Shown: positions 8,692 to 18,011 of the stretch, piece by piece
Layout: every line of letters starts with the position of its first letter
Position numbering within the stretch: position 1 is the stretch's first letter
Assembly (NCBI GenBank): GCA_008080735.1
Contig: SHMW01000029.1
Coordinates: forward strand, 1 to 42,570
Source: Promethearchaeota archaeon
GTDB lineage: Archaea > Asgardarchaeota > Lokiarchaeia > Sigyniarchaeales > SOKP01
Direction: 5' to 3'
Length of the DNA: 42,570 nucleotides
Made by a program: the position numbers and the translations under genes
Notes under the pieces: model-generated
Seen by the model: the letters and a program-made list of their open reading frames with translations, nothing else
The model's database searches: none
What the model was told of the DNA's origin: nothing

Positions 8692-9516
8692 TTAATTATT
8701 AAAAAATTCAAAAAGGGCATGTAAGGGATACATTCCATTCGGATCAATGCCTCTCTTCTCTATGAGCTGATATATATGAGTTTTGAAAAAGGATATCAAT
8801 GAAGTTGCGATATCTTTGCAAATATATGGACACTCAAGAAAATTTTCAGGCATATACTTACATTGGTTAGATTTATTTTGGCAAAACTTCTTAAGTTGCA
8901 GAGAAATTCCCTCAGCGGGTAAAGGATATATTCGATCCCATCCATCTTGAAACCCACCCAGCTCTGAGGGTTTATTATTTTGTAAATCCTTTATAATGTT
9001 GCAATTCTTAGAAAGGTGAAGTGAATTTTGAATTCTTTTCTTTATTAAATCGTGCTCTTTTCTGGCCTCCTCTGCACTGTAGGTATTATATCGTTCTAGT
9101 AATTCTTTCGCCCTTCTTGTATTTTTAAAATTGGTAATTTTCCATCCATCTGTGATTTTACAGCTAATGTTTTTACTTTTGTTATTGAATTTAGTGGGAT
9201 ATATCCAACATTGAGGTGGTTTTATTCCCGAATGATGAATCGAACATCCGTTTATATCTGGATCAAATAAACAACATTTTGCTTTCTCATCATCAAATCG
9301 AAATTTAAATGAAAAAATATTGGAACGAATAAAATCATCTCGAGTAGCATATCCACGTTTAATGTATTCTTCGGCTAATATCTTAGGGACATCAATTTGT
9401 ATTCCACAGCAATTTCCTTTACATAAAGAAGGATTTGTACAATCTGGTCCGCTTATGGAACTTTTCATGAGTCTATTATATTCTTCAACTATCTCTAAGA
9501 ATTTTTCTTTAATCAT
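8692..9516 (-). CDS. YkgJ/CxxCxxCC-type Fe-S/Zn cysteine-cluster protein
   Basis: CTNPSLCKGNCC, CCLFD...GCSIH...KPPQCWIYP; additional C-terminal Cys cluster. Confidence 0.7.
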   Translation of the reverse strand: MIKEKFLEIVEEYNRLMKSSISGPDCTNPSLCKGNCCGIQIDVPKILAEEYIKRGYATRDDFIRSNIFSFKFRFDDEKAKCCLFDPDINGCSIHHSGIKPPQCWIYPTKFNNKSKNISCKITDGWKITNFKNTRRAKELLERYNTYSAEEARKEHDLIKKRIQNSLHLSKNCNIIKDLQNNKPSELGGFQDGWDRIYPLPAEGISLQLKKFCQNKSNQCKYMPENFLECPYICKDIATSLISFFKTHIYQLIEKRGIDPNGMYPLHALFEFFNN

Positions 9517-9747
9517 TACTATTTTATAAGATTTACTTCAATATTTGGCTTTTGTATGGAAAAAGTTCAATTTGTAAATATTTTGTGTAATAAAAAATAC
9601 TCAATCCTATCTCATTCTGTATTAAAAATAAAGAATACTAATGCTTTATATTTGATTTTTACCAAAATTTTAAATTTACACACTTTATTTTTTTATTAAT
9701 TACATTATAAACATCTTATAAAAAAAACTACAAAGGTACGTTCGAAA

Positions 9748-11850
9748 ATGCTAATTTTGATAGACATAACAGATAAAGAAAACACCCTTTTAGATGACAA
9801 TCAAAACATCAAGGAGATCTCTGGTACTGGGACTTTGATGGTTAAAAATCCTTCTACTCGTTCTCGATTATGGAATTTGGAGCTTAACTTGAGCGAGACA
9901 GTGAATATCGATCTTGAGAAAGTTATTGAAGTGGGACAATTAAATCCCGATCAAGAGTTTAAAAAAGATTATCAATTGAAAGAAATGGATAAGCCCATCC
10001 TCGCATTGGAAGAGATTTTTGATACTAATCGCAACATTTCAAATATCGTCAATAATACTTTTATTTATAACCAGAGTAATCCGTGCAAACTAATTATAAA
10101 TCTCACGAATACATTAGATGTCCCCATAGTAGAGGTAAATGTATCTCGGATAATGCTTCCATCCTTACAGAACCTGGAAATTCCTACACCAAATTATGGA
10201 AATGCGGAAATAATCGATGAGGGAGGGAAAAAAGTATTAAATTGGGCAATAGACTCAATTCCTGCCAAAGAAACGGCTACTATTGAGATAATGTTTGATT
10301 CTATGATTAATAATAGCGAAATGCAGTCTTTAGGTGCTACGAAAATTACTTATCTAGCAAATGACGCGAAAATAGCAATGATGGATCCAGAAGTCCGAGG
10401 CTTAACGGATTCTCTTAGTGGGGTAAGTACAGATGAGGGAGCCTCTCCCGGAACATGGGATTGTAATGTGGAATTTATTAACGAATCAGAATTCAAAGTA
10501 AGACTTGAAGAGGTGGATGTTTCCCATAATATTGCAACGGGGGCTGAGACTATTGTTTCAGAAACTCCAGACACAAAATTAGAACCAGATGATTCTTGGG
10601 ATTTTGATTTTCAAGTAGAATCAGAAAATGTCCCTCAATTGGAATCCTCTGTGGAATTCACAACTCTATTTGAAGTGGTCACAAGAATTATTGGAGAAAT
10701 TAACAAAGAAGCAACCTTTTATCCAGTATTACGAGCAGAAATTGAAAAGGCGATACTTCCCCCAGAAGTTGATGCATATGCAAACACAGATATGCAAATT
10801 GAAAATACAATCACCAATTCAGGTACCTCACCTATAGATGCTATAATAATAAGCGATTCCATACCAGAAGATTTTATACCCCCTCTAGAAAAGAACCTTA
10901 AATTACTATTGGAGGGTGCGGATGGCGAAATTGAAATCCATGAAAGAGAAGAGTTCATTGAAAGCCTTGATATCACCCCAGATGACCAAGATCCAGACTC
11001 GGCACATCAAATTTCAATCAAATTAAAGGATTTAGCAAATCATTTTGTCCCTAGCAATATACTTAAATATACATATCCGATGCGTGCAAAAAATCCAAAA
11101 CCAGAAGTAAAGTATCCCACGCCGATAGAAGTCAAAATAAACAGTGCTAAAAAGGGAGATCATTACATTAAGTCACCAGCAACAGAACCTGAAATAAAGA
11201 TCAAATATGTCAAAAGAAAATTAAAAACATTAAAAAGTATAAGACCTGGAATCAATGAAGGAGAATTTGATATTAGCGTACGTATACAAAATAAAGGAAA
11301 CGTGGAATTGGAGAATATCGTAGTAAGAGATCAAATTCCCGAGGGTTTCTCCTTAACCGATTTCACTCCGAAAGATTTAGACTACGAAGTAATCCAGCAA
11401 GGAGGAGATTCAGAGCTAATAATAAGAATAAGGGAGATTTCTGCTCAAGAAGCAGTCTCTATAAGATATACATGCGCGGGTACGGGCGATTATCCTCGGA
11501 CAGAACCCCAAGTCGTTGTAAAAGGAAGAGGGGCTGGCGCGGGTAGTTCGGAAGAAGGCGGCCCTCAACCTTTAGAGACTAAGGTATCCGAAGTTGGGCT
11601 CCATAAAAAAGGTCAATATCATGACTTCTTCATGGAGATATACAAAAAAATTGATCGCGGGTTAAGTTGTAAAGATTTAGGCGATATTATTGAAGATGCA
11701 CGAGATGACTTTCCACCAGGCCCCGCTTTACATCAATTTATGAGATTTGCACGAGATCTGAAGGCAAAAGCAGGTAAGATGATTGTAGGTTCAGAGCGCG
11801 ATGAGATTATAACACAGCTGAAAGATTTTCAAGAAAAATACGCTAAATAG
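9748..11850 (+). CDS. Large acidic beta-sandwich protein (mu-homology-like N-terminal region, DUF11/Ig-like repeats, C-terminal four-helix bundle)
   Basis: DUF11-like motifs ITNSGTSPIDAIIISDSIP and IQNKGNVELENIVVRDQIPEGF; no signal peptide or TM helix; Gly-rich linker followed by a helical C-terminal domain. Confidence 0.6.
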   Translation: MLILIDITDKENTLLDDNQNIKEISGTGTLMVKNPSTRSRLWNLELNLSETVNIDLEKVIEVGQLNPDQEFKKDYQLKEMDKPILALEEIFDTNRNISNIVNNTFIYNQSNPCKLIINLTNTLDVPIVEVNVSRIMLPSLQNLEIPTPNYGNAEIIDEGGKKVLNWAIDSIPAKETATIEIMFDSMINNSEMQSLGATKITYLANDAKIAMMDPEVRGLTDSLSGVSTDEGASPGTWDCNVEFINESEFKVRLEEVDVSHNIATGAETIVSETPDTKLEPDDSWDFDFQVESENVPQLESSVEFTTLFEVVTRIIGEINKEATFYPVLRAEIEKAILPPEVDAYANTDMQIENTITNSGTSPIDAIIISDSIPEDFIPPLEKNLKLLLEGADGEIEIHEREEFIESLDITPDDQDPDSAHQISIKLKDLANHFVPSNILKYTYPMRAKNPKPEVKYPTPIEVKINSAKKGDHYIKSPATEPEIKIKYVKRKLKTLKSIRPGINEGEFDISVRIQNKGNVELENIVVRDQIPEGFSLTDFTPKDLDYEVIQQGGDSELIIRIREISAQEAVSIRYTCAGTGDYPRTEPQVVVKGRGAGAGSSEEGGPQPLETKVSEVGLHKKGQYHDFFMEIYKKIDRGLSCKDLGDIIEDARDDFPPGPALHQFMRFARDLKAKAGKMIVGSERDEIITQLKDFQEKYAK

Positions 11851-11906
11851 TATTTTTTAATTTATTTCTTCTATTTTTTTAACTTATTTATAGTTGCATA
11901 ATACCT

Positions 11907-13160
11907 CTATTCTATTTGATCCGTATGCTTATGGACAATCAGCCCACTTAATGGTTTTGGGTAAAAATAGGTACTTTTTTGAGGCATAATCTCTCCTAAC
12001 TTTGTGATTCTGTGGACTTGATCCAGTGTGGTAGGGTTTACAATGAAGAGCGCATCTATCTTTCCTTGTTGAACTTGTTCAATTCCTTGGTCCATATCCT
12101 TTATAAAGTCGACGTCATCTTGTGAAATTTTTAGGCATTTTTCAAATAAAATATTATGAAGAATAGGCAAATCTAAGTTCTTCCATTCTTTTGAATGTTG
12201 ACCAGATATAATTTGTTCAGGTTTCACATCATCTTTAAGTTTAATAAAGATATTAACATTTTGATAAAAACATCCAAAAACATTTTGATCTTTATGCAAT
12301 TCCAATAGTTCTTTTAGTTTAGACGTTGATTCCACCAAACTAATATCAAAATATTTAGCAAGCTTTTCTTGAAGTTGCTCTGTATTTTTAACTTTTATAT
12401 TATGAACCCGACGATGGCTTGTATAAATTATTAGTCCCGGATCATTAAAATCAATAAAAAGGCTCATGATATATTTGCATCCCCCATGTCGGCTATGTCG
12501 GAGGCTAGTAATATAGCGGTGGTGTCCATCTGCGATTATGATCGAATTGTTCTTTACGATTTTTTGTATTTCTTCAATATCTTCTGGTTTCCATACATCC
12601 CATATTTTATGAGTAAATCCATCTCTGTCGACAGTCACTAGATTAGGCTTGTGTTGGATATATTTTTGAATGATTTTATCTGCGGAGCCATTTCCGTTAT
12701 AAATCGTAAATATTGGAGAAAAGTTAGCATCAGTTTCTCTTATCAAATTCAATCTATCCCGGGTGTATTTTTTAAAAGTCATCTCATGCGGAATAACACC
12801 ATCATGAGCAGGAAAAATCTCCACTAATCTTAATAATCCGACAAATCCATATCGACTAATTATCTTTTCGGATCCGGGCTTTGTGTATTCAATCCCATAG
12901 ATACAGATACATCTGTCTTCCCCACAGACCAAAATCTCGTCTTGAATCATTTTATTAAGTTTGTTACCCGCCTTTTCATATGAATCAGGAAGAATGATAT
13001 GACAAATATTGTTATGGTCTTTTTGCTTAAGCTCTTTCTCTTCCTTTTTAGAGATCACATCATACGGAGGGGCAACAAGCTCTTGTAGTCTTTCTGAGTT
13101 CTTTTTTCCTTCTTTGTAATGGAAATTCCGAAAAGGTATCAGTTTCGGCATAGTAACCAC
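11907..13160 (-). CDS. DUF1015 family protein
   Basis: APPYDVIS, PHEMT, IADGHHRY, MPQKSTYFYPKPLSGL. Confidence 0.9.
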   Translation of the reverse strand: MVTMPKLIPFRNFHYKEGKKNSERLQELVAPPYDVISKKEEKELKQKDHNNICHIILPDSYEKAGNKLNKMIQDEILVCGEDRCICIYGIEYTKPGSEKIISRYGFVGLLRLVEIFPAHDGVIPHEMTFKKYTRDRLNLIRETDANFSPIFTIYNGNGSADKIIQKYIQHKPNLVTVDRDGFTHKIWDVWKPEDIEEIQKIVKNNSIIIADGHHRYITSLRHSRHGGCKYIMSLFIDFNDPGLIIYTSHRRVHNIKVKNTEQLQEKLAKYFDISLVESTSKLKELLELHKDQNVFGCFYQNVNIFIKLKDDVKPEQIISGQHSKEWKNLDLPILHNILFEKCLKISQDDVDFIKDMDQGIEQVQQGKIDALFIVNPTTLDQVHRITKLGEIMPQKSTYFYPKPLSGLIVHKHTDQIE

Positions 13161-13367
13161 TTCACGCTTCTTTAATTTTTAAAATATTCTAAAAATTAAA
13201 TAATTTTTGAGAACAATTTATTGCTAGTTTAATAGTTCTATTGGATTTTTAGGGAGAAATAAAATTTTCAAATAAATAATTTATAATCCAAACTCTAAAA
13301 TTAAAAGTAATTTAAAGGGAATATAAAGGAATTAAACTAAAAAATTATCAATAAAGGTGGTATTGTA

Positions 13368-13886
13368 GTGGTGAAAAAAGTCGCTATGATTGCTACGAAT
13401 GGATATGAGGATTTAGAACTTCATTATCCACGTATTCGATTAATAGAAGCGGGATATGAAGTGGATCTGATCGGACTTTCAGAAGATATTATAAAGGGTA
13501 AGCACGGATATCCAATAAAACCCGATTTGGCCATGGATGATGCAAACCCGAATGATTATATAGGATTAGTATTACCGGGCGGCGCAAGCAACCCTGATCA
13601 TCTTCGTCGCTATGATAGTGTATTAAATTTTGTTAAATCTATTAATGAGAGTAAGAAATTAATTGCTGCGATATGTCATGCGGGATGGGTGTTAATCTCC
13701 GCTCGTATTCTTGAGGGAAAAGCAGCAACTAGTTATTTCGCGATAAAAGACGATATGATTAATGCGGGAGTATTATTTAAAGATGAGGCGGTGGTTATAG
13801 ACGATAATCTAATCACGTCAAGATCTCCAGAAGATTTACCCGCATTTATGAAAGCAATAATCGAATATCTTAAAAAAATAAAGTGA
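13368..13886 (+). CDS. pfpI: PfpI/DJ-1 family type 1 glutamine-amidotransferase-like protease/glyoxalase
   Basis: EDLE, LPGG, AAICHAG nucleophile elbow, LITSRSPEDL. Confidence 0.9.
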   Translation: MVKKVAMIATNGYEDLELHYPRIRLIEAGYEVDLIGLSEDIIKGKHGYPIKPDLAMDDANPNDYIGLVLPGGASNPDHLRRYDSVLNFVKSINESKKLIAAICHAGWVLISARILEGKAATSYFAIKDDMINAGVLFKDEAVVIDDNLITSRSPEDLPAFMKAIIEYLKKIK

Positions 13887-13954
13887 ATAATCTATTCTGA
13901 ATATAATCTAAATAAATTTGTTTTTAAAATTTTTTTATAGTAAAAAAAAGGAAC

Positions 13955-15151
13955 TTATTCCATTTTTTTTAATCTCTCTATTTCCGCATCGATTATATCT
14001 TCTAACTCATTTACCTGTGCCATCTGTTTGTTAATTATTTCCGCTTGTTTATCAATTATTTCCGTATCGTCAACTGATCGGGATTCAAATTGCTTTCTCA
14101 CGATGTTATAACTCCTAATTTGATTGAGGATATTTTGAATCTTTTTCACCTTCAATCCCATATCTTTTTTAAAAGTTTTTAAACTTTCAATAACAGCGTC
14201 CATTTTCTCGACATTTTCAAAACAACTATTCACATTATCTTCTCGCTTGAATTTACTGGCACATTCATCCAAGTCCTTTAGAAAGTCAATTGCCTCATCT
14301 CGTTCTTTAATACCAACTGGTTTTACCTCCCCTTTTTCTCCGAAACTTATCTCATCGAAAACATTCGTCTCATATTTTATGTTGATTTTTTCTAGGGTTT
14401 TGTCCACTTTTTTTGGATTGATTTCTACTTCTACTTCTTCATATTCGTCTAAATCTGTAATGAGTTCAAGTTCATCTAGTTCTACTTGAGTCATTAGAGG
14501 GGTAAAGCGTACTTGGAGTTGCTTTTTCCCATAGAAATTATTATCAACTCTAAGTATTTGTGTATATGTTTGCACTAAACCTTCTCCTATTGGGGCATAA
14601 AGTACTCCCTCGTTTTTATCCAGTTGTCTTAATAAGGGAGTAATCCTACTCTGTTTGATTGCTCCCGTCACCAAAATCTTTTGCCAAGGAGTTAAATCTG
14701 GCATGCCTTCTAATGGATTTTTTACAATTACCGTAATATTATGATCCAAATCTAATTTTTGCAAATTTTCTTCAGTAAGATTCGCAATTTCTGAATTCGC
14801 TTCTAAAATAATTATCTCTCCTTGGGGTGCTAATTCGTGTGCTAAGGCCGCGATATATCCCGATTTTGCCCCCAAAATCAATAAATCATCATCTTTTTCT
14901 AATGCTAATCCTTGAAGCATTATTGTAATCATATGAGGGGCTGAAATAGTTCTGTAGTTATTCGGATCATGATAATAGAATAAATTGGGAATATCTTGAT
15001 AGATCTTTAAAGGATCCTGATAATTTCGTGGAATAAACTCTTCTAAAGGAATTTCTAAAAATGCCTTATAAAGGCGCTTGTCTTTTAATAGATTGTTGCT
15101 TGTTAGCGATTCCACGAGTTTTTTTTTCTTTTGATTGTAGTCTTCGTGCAT
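13955..15151 (-). CDS. pcm: Protein-L-isoaspartate O-methyltransferase-like protein with a long C-terminal extension
   Basis: TISAPHM, LILGAKSGYIAAL, ILVTGA, LYAPIG, VRFTPL; followed by an acidic linker and a helical tail. Confidence 0.75.
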   Translation of the reverse strand: MHEDYNQKKKKLVESLTSNNLLKDKRLYKAFLEIPLEEFIPRNYQDPLKIYQDIPNLFYYHDPNNYRTISAPHMITIMLQGLALEKDDDLLILGAKSGYIAALAHELAPQGEIIILEANSEIANLTEENLQKLDLDHNITVIVKNPLEGMPDLTPWQKILVTGAIKQSRITPLLRQLDKNEGVLYAPIGEGLVQTYTQILRVDNNFYGKKQLQVRFTPLMTQVELDELELITDLDEYEEVEVEINPKKVDKTLEKINIKYETNVFDEISFGEKGEVKPVGIKERDEAIDFLKDLDECASKFKREDNVNSCFENVEKMDAVIESLKTFKKDMGLKVKKIQNILNQIRSYNIVRKQFESRSVDDTEIIDKQAEIINKQMAQVNELEDIIDAEIERLKKME

Positions 15152-15259
15152 TTTCTCAAACCTCTCTATACATTTTAAATGGTAATTCGGATTATTAAAA
15201 GTTTTTACTTAGTTCCTATAAATAAAATAAATTTAAAGAAAGCAAAGATTAGACTAGGT

Positions 15260-15841
15260 ATGATAATTTTGGATGCGGATGATCTTAAGAATGCCAAGCT
15301 CACCTTGACTTTGATACTTATAAACGTGATTTGCTATATCATCTTTTTATCTCCGGTGGCAAAAGATTATCTTCTCTTATTCGTCCAGATAAATCACGAA
15401 ATTATTTACGATTACCAGATTTGGCGTTTATTTACATCAATGTTTCTTCATTCGGACCCATTACACTTGTTTTCTAATATGTTCGGTCTTGTTCTTTTCG
15501 GTGCTTTGGTGGAAAATAATTTCTCAAAAATAGAATTTTTAGTCATATACTTTGTATCGGGGTTATTAGGAAGTTTCTTTTCATTATTGATCTTACCGCC
15601 TTATAGTATCAGCCTTGGTGCTTCAGGAGCAATTTTCGGGTTATTAGGTTCGGCATTTATTATTATAGCGTTGGAAAATCCGTCCTTATTAATTTTAGCA
15701 TTAATGTATGTAATGTTTTTTTTAACGGCTTCATTTGCCCCAGGTATAAATGCGTGGGCTCATATATTTGGTTTACTCGGTGGAATTAGCTTAGGATATA
15801 TATTTCGCAAATATACTCATCCAAAAGTAGTTTATTACTAA
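15260..15841 (+). CDS. Rhomboid intramembrane serine protease
   Basis: WRLFTSMFLH, HLFSNM, GASGAIFG (catalytic Ser), WAHIFGLLGG (catalytic His). ORF track start is 15179; ATG 15260 is more plausible. Confidence 0.92.
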   Translation: MIILDADDLKNAKLTLTLILINVICYIIFLSPVAKDYLLLFVQINHEIIYDYQIWRLFTSMFLHSDPLHLFSNMFGLVLFGALVENNFSKIEFLVIYFVSGLLGSFFSLLILPPYSISLGASGAIFGLLGSAFIIIALENPSLLILALMYVMFFLTASFAPGINAWAHIFGLLGGISLGYIFRKYTHPKVVYY

Positions 15842-15855
15842 AAATTATTAAAAAT

Positions 15856-16506
15856 CTATTTTTGTTCCATTGAAAAATTTTTTGGACAAATATCTTCAAC
15901 GGGACAGATTTCATGTTTAGGATTATTTGGAAGACAAATCTGCTGTCCAAATTTTACGAATAAACGATTTATTCTAATCCATTGATCTTTTGGGATAAGC
16001 TGTTTTAATTTTTTTTCGGTTTGTTTGGGATTTTTCGACTTCGTCCATCCTAATCGGTTTGATATACGATAGACATGGGTATCAACGCAGATTGCCGGAA
16101 TCTGAAAAGCATAAGCCAGGGTACAATTTGCCGTCTTTCTTCCAACTCCTGGTAACTCTATGAGCTTATCAAAATCTCTGGGGACCTTTCCATCATATTT
16201 TTCATGAATTATCTGTGAAGTTTCTTTGATATGTTTTGCTTTCGCTCTATAAAACCCTGCCTCATAAATTAGATCTTGTAACTCCTCTTCTGAGAGATTA
16301 GCAATATCCTGTGGAGTCTTGTATTTTGTAAATAGACGTTTAGTGACTTTCCTTGTGTTCTGGTCCCTAGTTCGCGCTGAGATAATCGTTGATATTAATA
16401 TTCTAAAAGGATCATGGTTAGCATTGGCCAACTCATCTAAATGGGCACTTCCTTCCAGTGAATCTTCAAGCTTATCAAAAAAATCTTTATAGTTCATAAA
16501 TTTCAC
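15856..16506 (-). CDS. nth: Endonuclease III (HhH-GPD DNA glycosylase)
   Basis: LISTIISART, LPGVGRKTAN (HhH Lys), VDTHVYRISNRLG; C-terminal Fe-S loop C-X6-H-X2-C-X5-C. Confidence 0.93.
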   Translation of the reverse strand: MKFMNYKDFFDKLEDSLEGSAHLDELANANHDPFRILISTIISARTRDQNTRKVTKRLFTKYKTPQDIANLSEEELQDLIYEAGFYRAKAKHIKETSQIIHEKYDGKVPRDFDKLIELPGVGRKTANCTLAYAFQIPAICVDTHVYRISNRLGWTKSKNPKQTEKKLKQLIPKDQWIRINRLFVKFGQQICLPNNPKHEICPVEDICPKNFSMEQK

Positions 16507-16509
16507 TTT

Positions 16510-17913
16510 TTATGATTTTTGAAAGACAAATATTTTACGCTTTATAATTTGTCCAGGTTTTGTATCCATAATTGAATATAGTTTTTGTTTTCTAAATTGA
16601 AGAATTTCGTTTGATTTGTTCGTAATTCTTTTTGAAGAAATTAGAGGGATTGGTCTAAAATTATGCCTCGTCGCGATTTTTTGGATATCCATTCGTTTAT
16701 CGCTGGTATCATCAACCAAACTAATACTTGGGGCAACTATACAGATTCTTGAATCATGTTTTAAAAGTTTATATGCTTCCCTGAAGATGATATCATATAA
16801 TGGTTCGAGTTTGGTTTCAAATAATTCAATTACTTCTATCGAATATGGTTCTTCCGTATAAAAAGGCCCTAAATCGGGTTCAGAAACGATTCCATCAAAA
16901 AATTCGTGCTCAAACTGATTAGACAAGTGTTTAATATTAATTGTTCGGAATCTTTCTGATATTTTTGGAATTTGGGGGATTTCTAGCTCTTTCTGAAGCC
17001 ATCTTATATTTTTTTTAGTATGCTCCACTTTTTCTTTCTCAACATCAGACCCATATATATTAAAATCTTCTATGAGAGCAAAAAGAGCAATAGTTCCATT
17101 TCCAACAAAGGGATCTAAGATTCTCTTTTGGTGGCGATTATCAAAAATATTAAGAAAATTCAACATCATAATAGCTAATTTTGGCGAAATAGAACTTTTG
17201 AAATCTTTATGAGGTCGTTCTTCGTCAACCTTACGCTTAAAATTGGGGTCATCCGCCGTAAAAGTTCGACCAAAATAACATCCCTCCTCAGTTATCGCAA
17301 AAATAAGCTCTGCTCTATTTTCTTTTAGGAGTTCATATTTAATAACATGATGAGGAAAAATGGGATTAAGATTTCCTGATGTTATATTCTTTTCGGGATA
17401 TTTAAAATAAATTGCCTTATTTGCTCCTTTTTCTTTCAGTATTTTAGAAATGTTTTTATTTAGAAATGGTAAGAAATGCTTTACTAACACTTCTCGATAA
17501 TACTTGTCGTCAAATAGGTTAGGATAAATAGAGACCGCAAAAAAAATATCTCTGTCTTCTATTTGTCGAAATATCTTTTCTAAATTATTTTTTAGAATTT
17601 GTTTGATTTTTTTCCTAGCTCGCTTTACCTCATTAAAATTATCAATATTAAGAGGGAAGGCACTCTTTAGAGTAAAAATGTTAAAAAAATCAAAAATTCG
17701 CGCAACTTTTTGCGTTCCTCCTAAGTAATATTGAAGGTTTTCAAGGTGATCCACATAATATTCTTGCTTAAGTAACTTATTAAACTTGACCGACGCAATA
17801 TTAGAGGAGTAATCGTTAATCTTTCCCGCATAGACATTGCTTTTTAAAACCATATCTAATTCTGCTAGTGAAAGTTTCCAATTACTTCCCAAAACAAAAA
17901 TGAAATCGTCCAT
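16510..17913 (-). CDS. Trm11/UPF0020-type SAM-dependent RNA (tRNA m2G) methyltransferase-like protein
   Basis: SPKLAIMMLN, ILDPFVGNGT, GSD, DGIVSEPDLGP. Confidence 0.7.
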   Translation of the reverse strand: MDDFIFVLGSNWKLSLAELDMVLKSNVYAGKINDYSSNIASVKFNKLLKQEYYVDHLENLQYYLGGTQKVARIFDFFNIFTLKSAFPLNIDNFNEVKRARKKIKQILKNNLEKIFRQIEDRDIFFAVSIYPNLFDDKYYREVLVKHFLPFLNKNISKILKEKGANKAIYFKYPEKNITSGNLNPIFPHHVIKYELLKENRAELIFAITEEGCYFGRTFTADDPNFKRKVDEERPHKDFKSSISPKLAIMMLNFLNIFDNRHQKRILDPFVGNGTIALFALIEDFNIYGSDVEKEKVEHTKKNIRWLQKELEIPQIPKISERFRTINIKHLSNQFEHEFFDGIVSEPDLGPFYTEEPYSIEVIELFETKLEPLYDIIFREAYKLLKHDSRICIVAPSISLVDDTSDKRMDIQKIATRHNFRPIPLISSKRITNKSNEILQFRKQKLYSIMDTKPGQIIKRKIFVFQKS

Positions 17914-18011
17914 TATACTTTCTTAAAAACGTAAATGAAATATGTAATTTCTTTTTTTCGATTTACTCGATACCTATATTAAAATATTTTAAAAATCAAG
18001 ATAAATAAGAA

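Noticed and set aside
8520-8747. 75-aa minus-strand ORF
   Set aside because: It overlaps the upstream gene end, is AT-rich and has no motifs; probably spurious.
13191-13208. AAAAATTA-AA-TAATTTTT inverted repeat between the DUF1015 gene and pfpI
   Set aside because: It is AT-only and expected by chance in this composition.
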